From Alphaproteobacteria bacterium (GTDB lineage Bacteria; Pseudomonadota; Alphaproteobacteria; SP197): 64,000 nt of DNA. Both the position numbers and the translations under genes were made by a program. Each line of letters starts with the position of its first letter. The first letter of the stretch is position 1. Positions 60,250 to 64,000 of this stretch are shown piece by piece. The stretch lies in the NCBI GenBank assembly GCA_964291265.2, contig OZ219746.1, positions 324,064 through 388,063 of the forward strand, given 5' to 3'. The notes beneath the pieces are model-generated. The model saw only the letters and a program-made list of their open reading frames with translations, did no database searches and was not told the origin of the DNA.

Positions 60250-60706
60250 GTACTCCGATGGGAACCTGTATCGTTGCCTGAATGGCCCATGTCGCCAGCT
60301 TCCGATCCGTTTCGCGGATCATCGGAGTGCCTGACGGCAACGCTCCCTCCCCGTGCAGGTGCGTCAGCCCCAGACACCTGATGTCGCGGGCCGCGTTCAG
60401 GTTCCTGCGGCCGCAAGCCATCCACGTGCAGGTCGCCTGAAACGGATGCGAGCCGGCGTCTGCCGTGCCGTTCCTGCCGGCCTTGTCGCTGCAACGAGTT
60501 GCTCCTGCCGGTCGAGCATGGCGTTCCAGACGAAACGGCATGCGCTCGCGACGGCAGCCAGCCTGCGCACCTTCTCCCGGGTTCCGGGAAGCAGTCGATA
60601 GACAATCTGTAGGCATTCGGTATCGTTCGCCATGCGCGGTCGGTCCTCCATCGGCCGTTTGATGGGGCGGAGCAGACGATCCCGAACCGCGCGCCCATCG
60701 CCCCAT
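60250..60706 (-). mobile_element. Internally deleted IS200/IS605 tnpB remnant
   Basis: 5' part YRLLPG...LAAVASACRFVWNAML (ATG 60633); 3' part ACG...LNAARDI; structured 3' region; boundaries approximate. Confidence 0.75.
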
Positions 60707-60743
60707 GACGCCGTTGTTCAGTCAAGGATGTCATCCCCCTCCC

Positions 60744-61897
60744 ATGCACTTTGACCTCTCGCAAGAACAGTCGATGATCGTCGACACGGTACGCCGGTTC
60801 GTCGCCGAGGAGCTCGTTCCCCACGAGGACGAGGTCGAACGCACCAACGACGTGCCGGCGGCCCTCATCCGGCAGATTCGCCAGCGCGCCATCGACAAGG
60901 GTCTCTACGCCATCAACATGCCGGCGGAACTCGGTGGCGGCGGGCTCGATGCCCTTGCCGTGTCGCTCTGCGAGATCGAACTCGGCCACACGGCCTTTGC
61001 CCTGCAGTATGCGGTGGCCCGTCCATCCAACATCCTGCGCGCCTGCACGGGCTGGCAGGTCTCCCGCTACCTGCTTCCGACCATTCGCGGCGAACGTGTC
61101 GAATGCCTTGCCATGACCGAACCCGCTGCCGGTTCCGACCTGCGCTCCATGACCACGCGGGCAAGGCGCCAGGGTGAGGACTTCATGATCAATGGCACCA
61201 AGCATTTCATCAGCTACGCGGATGTGGCCGACTATGTCGTGCTGTTCGCCAAGACGGGCGATGGGGGGGGAATCACCAGTTTCCTGGTCGACAAGGGGAT
61301 CCCCGGCTTCGAGGTGCGCCCGGGGGGCGAGAGTGTTTCGCACAGGGGCTTCCACCACGCCGAACTGGTGTTCACCGACTGCCGGGTCCACCAGCGCCAC
61401 ATTCTGGGAGAGGAGCATCACGGATTCGACGTGGCGCACGAGTGGCTGGGCGCCACCAGACTCACTGTCGCGGCGCAATGTGTCGGCCGTGCCCGGCGGG
61501 TGCTGTCCATGGCCGCGGGATGGGCCGGAACGAGGCGCCAGTTCGGCCGCACCATCGGCAGGTTCCAGGGAACGTCGTTCAAGCTTGCCGACATGATGAC
61601 CGAGATCGAGGCGGCGGAACTCCTGGTGTTGCGGGCAGCAGACCGCGAAGCACGCGGTTGCGCCACTGACCGTGACTTTGCCATGGCAAAACTCTATGCC
61701 AGTGAAATGCTGGGCCGGGTGACGGACCAGGCGGTGCAGATCTTCGGGGGCATGGGGCTCATGAAGGAATTCGCTGTGGAGCGATTCTGGCGTGATGCCC
61801 GTATCGAGCGAGTCTGGGATGGCACCAGCGAGATCCAGCGTCATATTCTCTCGCGTTCGCTGCTTCGCGAGCATGAAACACCGGAAGGAGCAGGTTG

Positions 61898-61898
<1 letters not shown>
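60744..61898 (+). CDS. Acyl-CoA dehydrogenase
   Basis: [46 protein letters not shown]. Confidence 0.93.
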
Positions 61899-63905
<2,007 letters not shown>

Positions 63906-64000
63906 CCGGTCCCGTCGAGGAGACGGTTCAGGAGATTCCGCTCGAGAAGACCGCCGGCTCCACGGCGCGAACCAGCGGATGACCCGCCTTGATCACGTCT

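Overview
GC-rich alphaproteobacterial chromosome segment (Rhodospirillales-like gene content; the taxonomy is an inference). The core blocks are rimP-nusA-ylxR-infB-rbfA-truB-rpsO-pnp; a flavin oxidoreductase followed by irr, rubrerythrin, an Fe-S oxidoreductase and DUF3501; an RND pump; an ActP-like sodium:solute symporter locus with divergent CBS/DUF294 nucleotidyltransferase and DEDDh exonuclease genes; a GntR-associated glutamine-synthetase-like/mgsABC-like amine catabolic operon; uvrB-SDR-folB; glpK; a TMADH/histamine-dehydrogenase-like enzyme; acyl-CoA dehydrogenase; crotonase; and aspartate aminotransferase. Accessory DNA is interspersed. It includes a >2000-aa helical-repeat/tandem-PIN-like protein cut by the left edge and an eroded type I R-M island (hsdR'-'hsdM in-frame deletion fusion, split hsdS, MNT-HEPN pair, orphan Phd, IS66 fragment). 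It also includes two copies of a ~438-bp IS1634-derived MITE, a DUF433-fusion/PIN toxin-antitoxin pair, an MmeI-like/higBA remnant and an internally deleted tnpB that keeps its structured 3' end. All family calls come from motif recognition by eye; no database searches were run.
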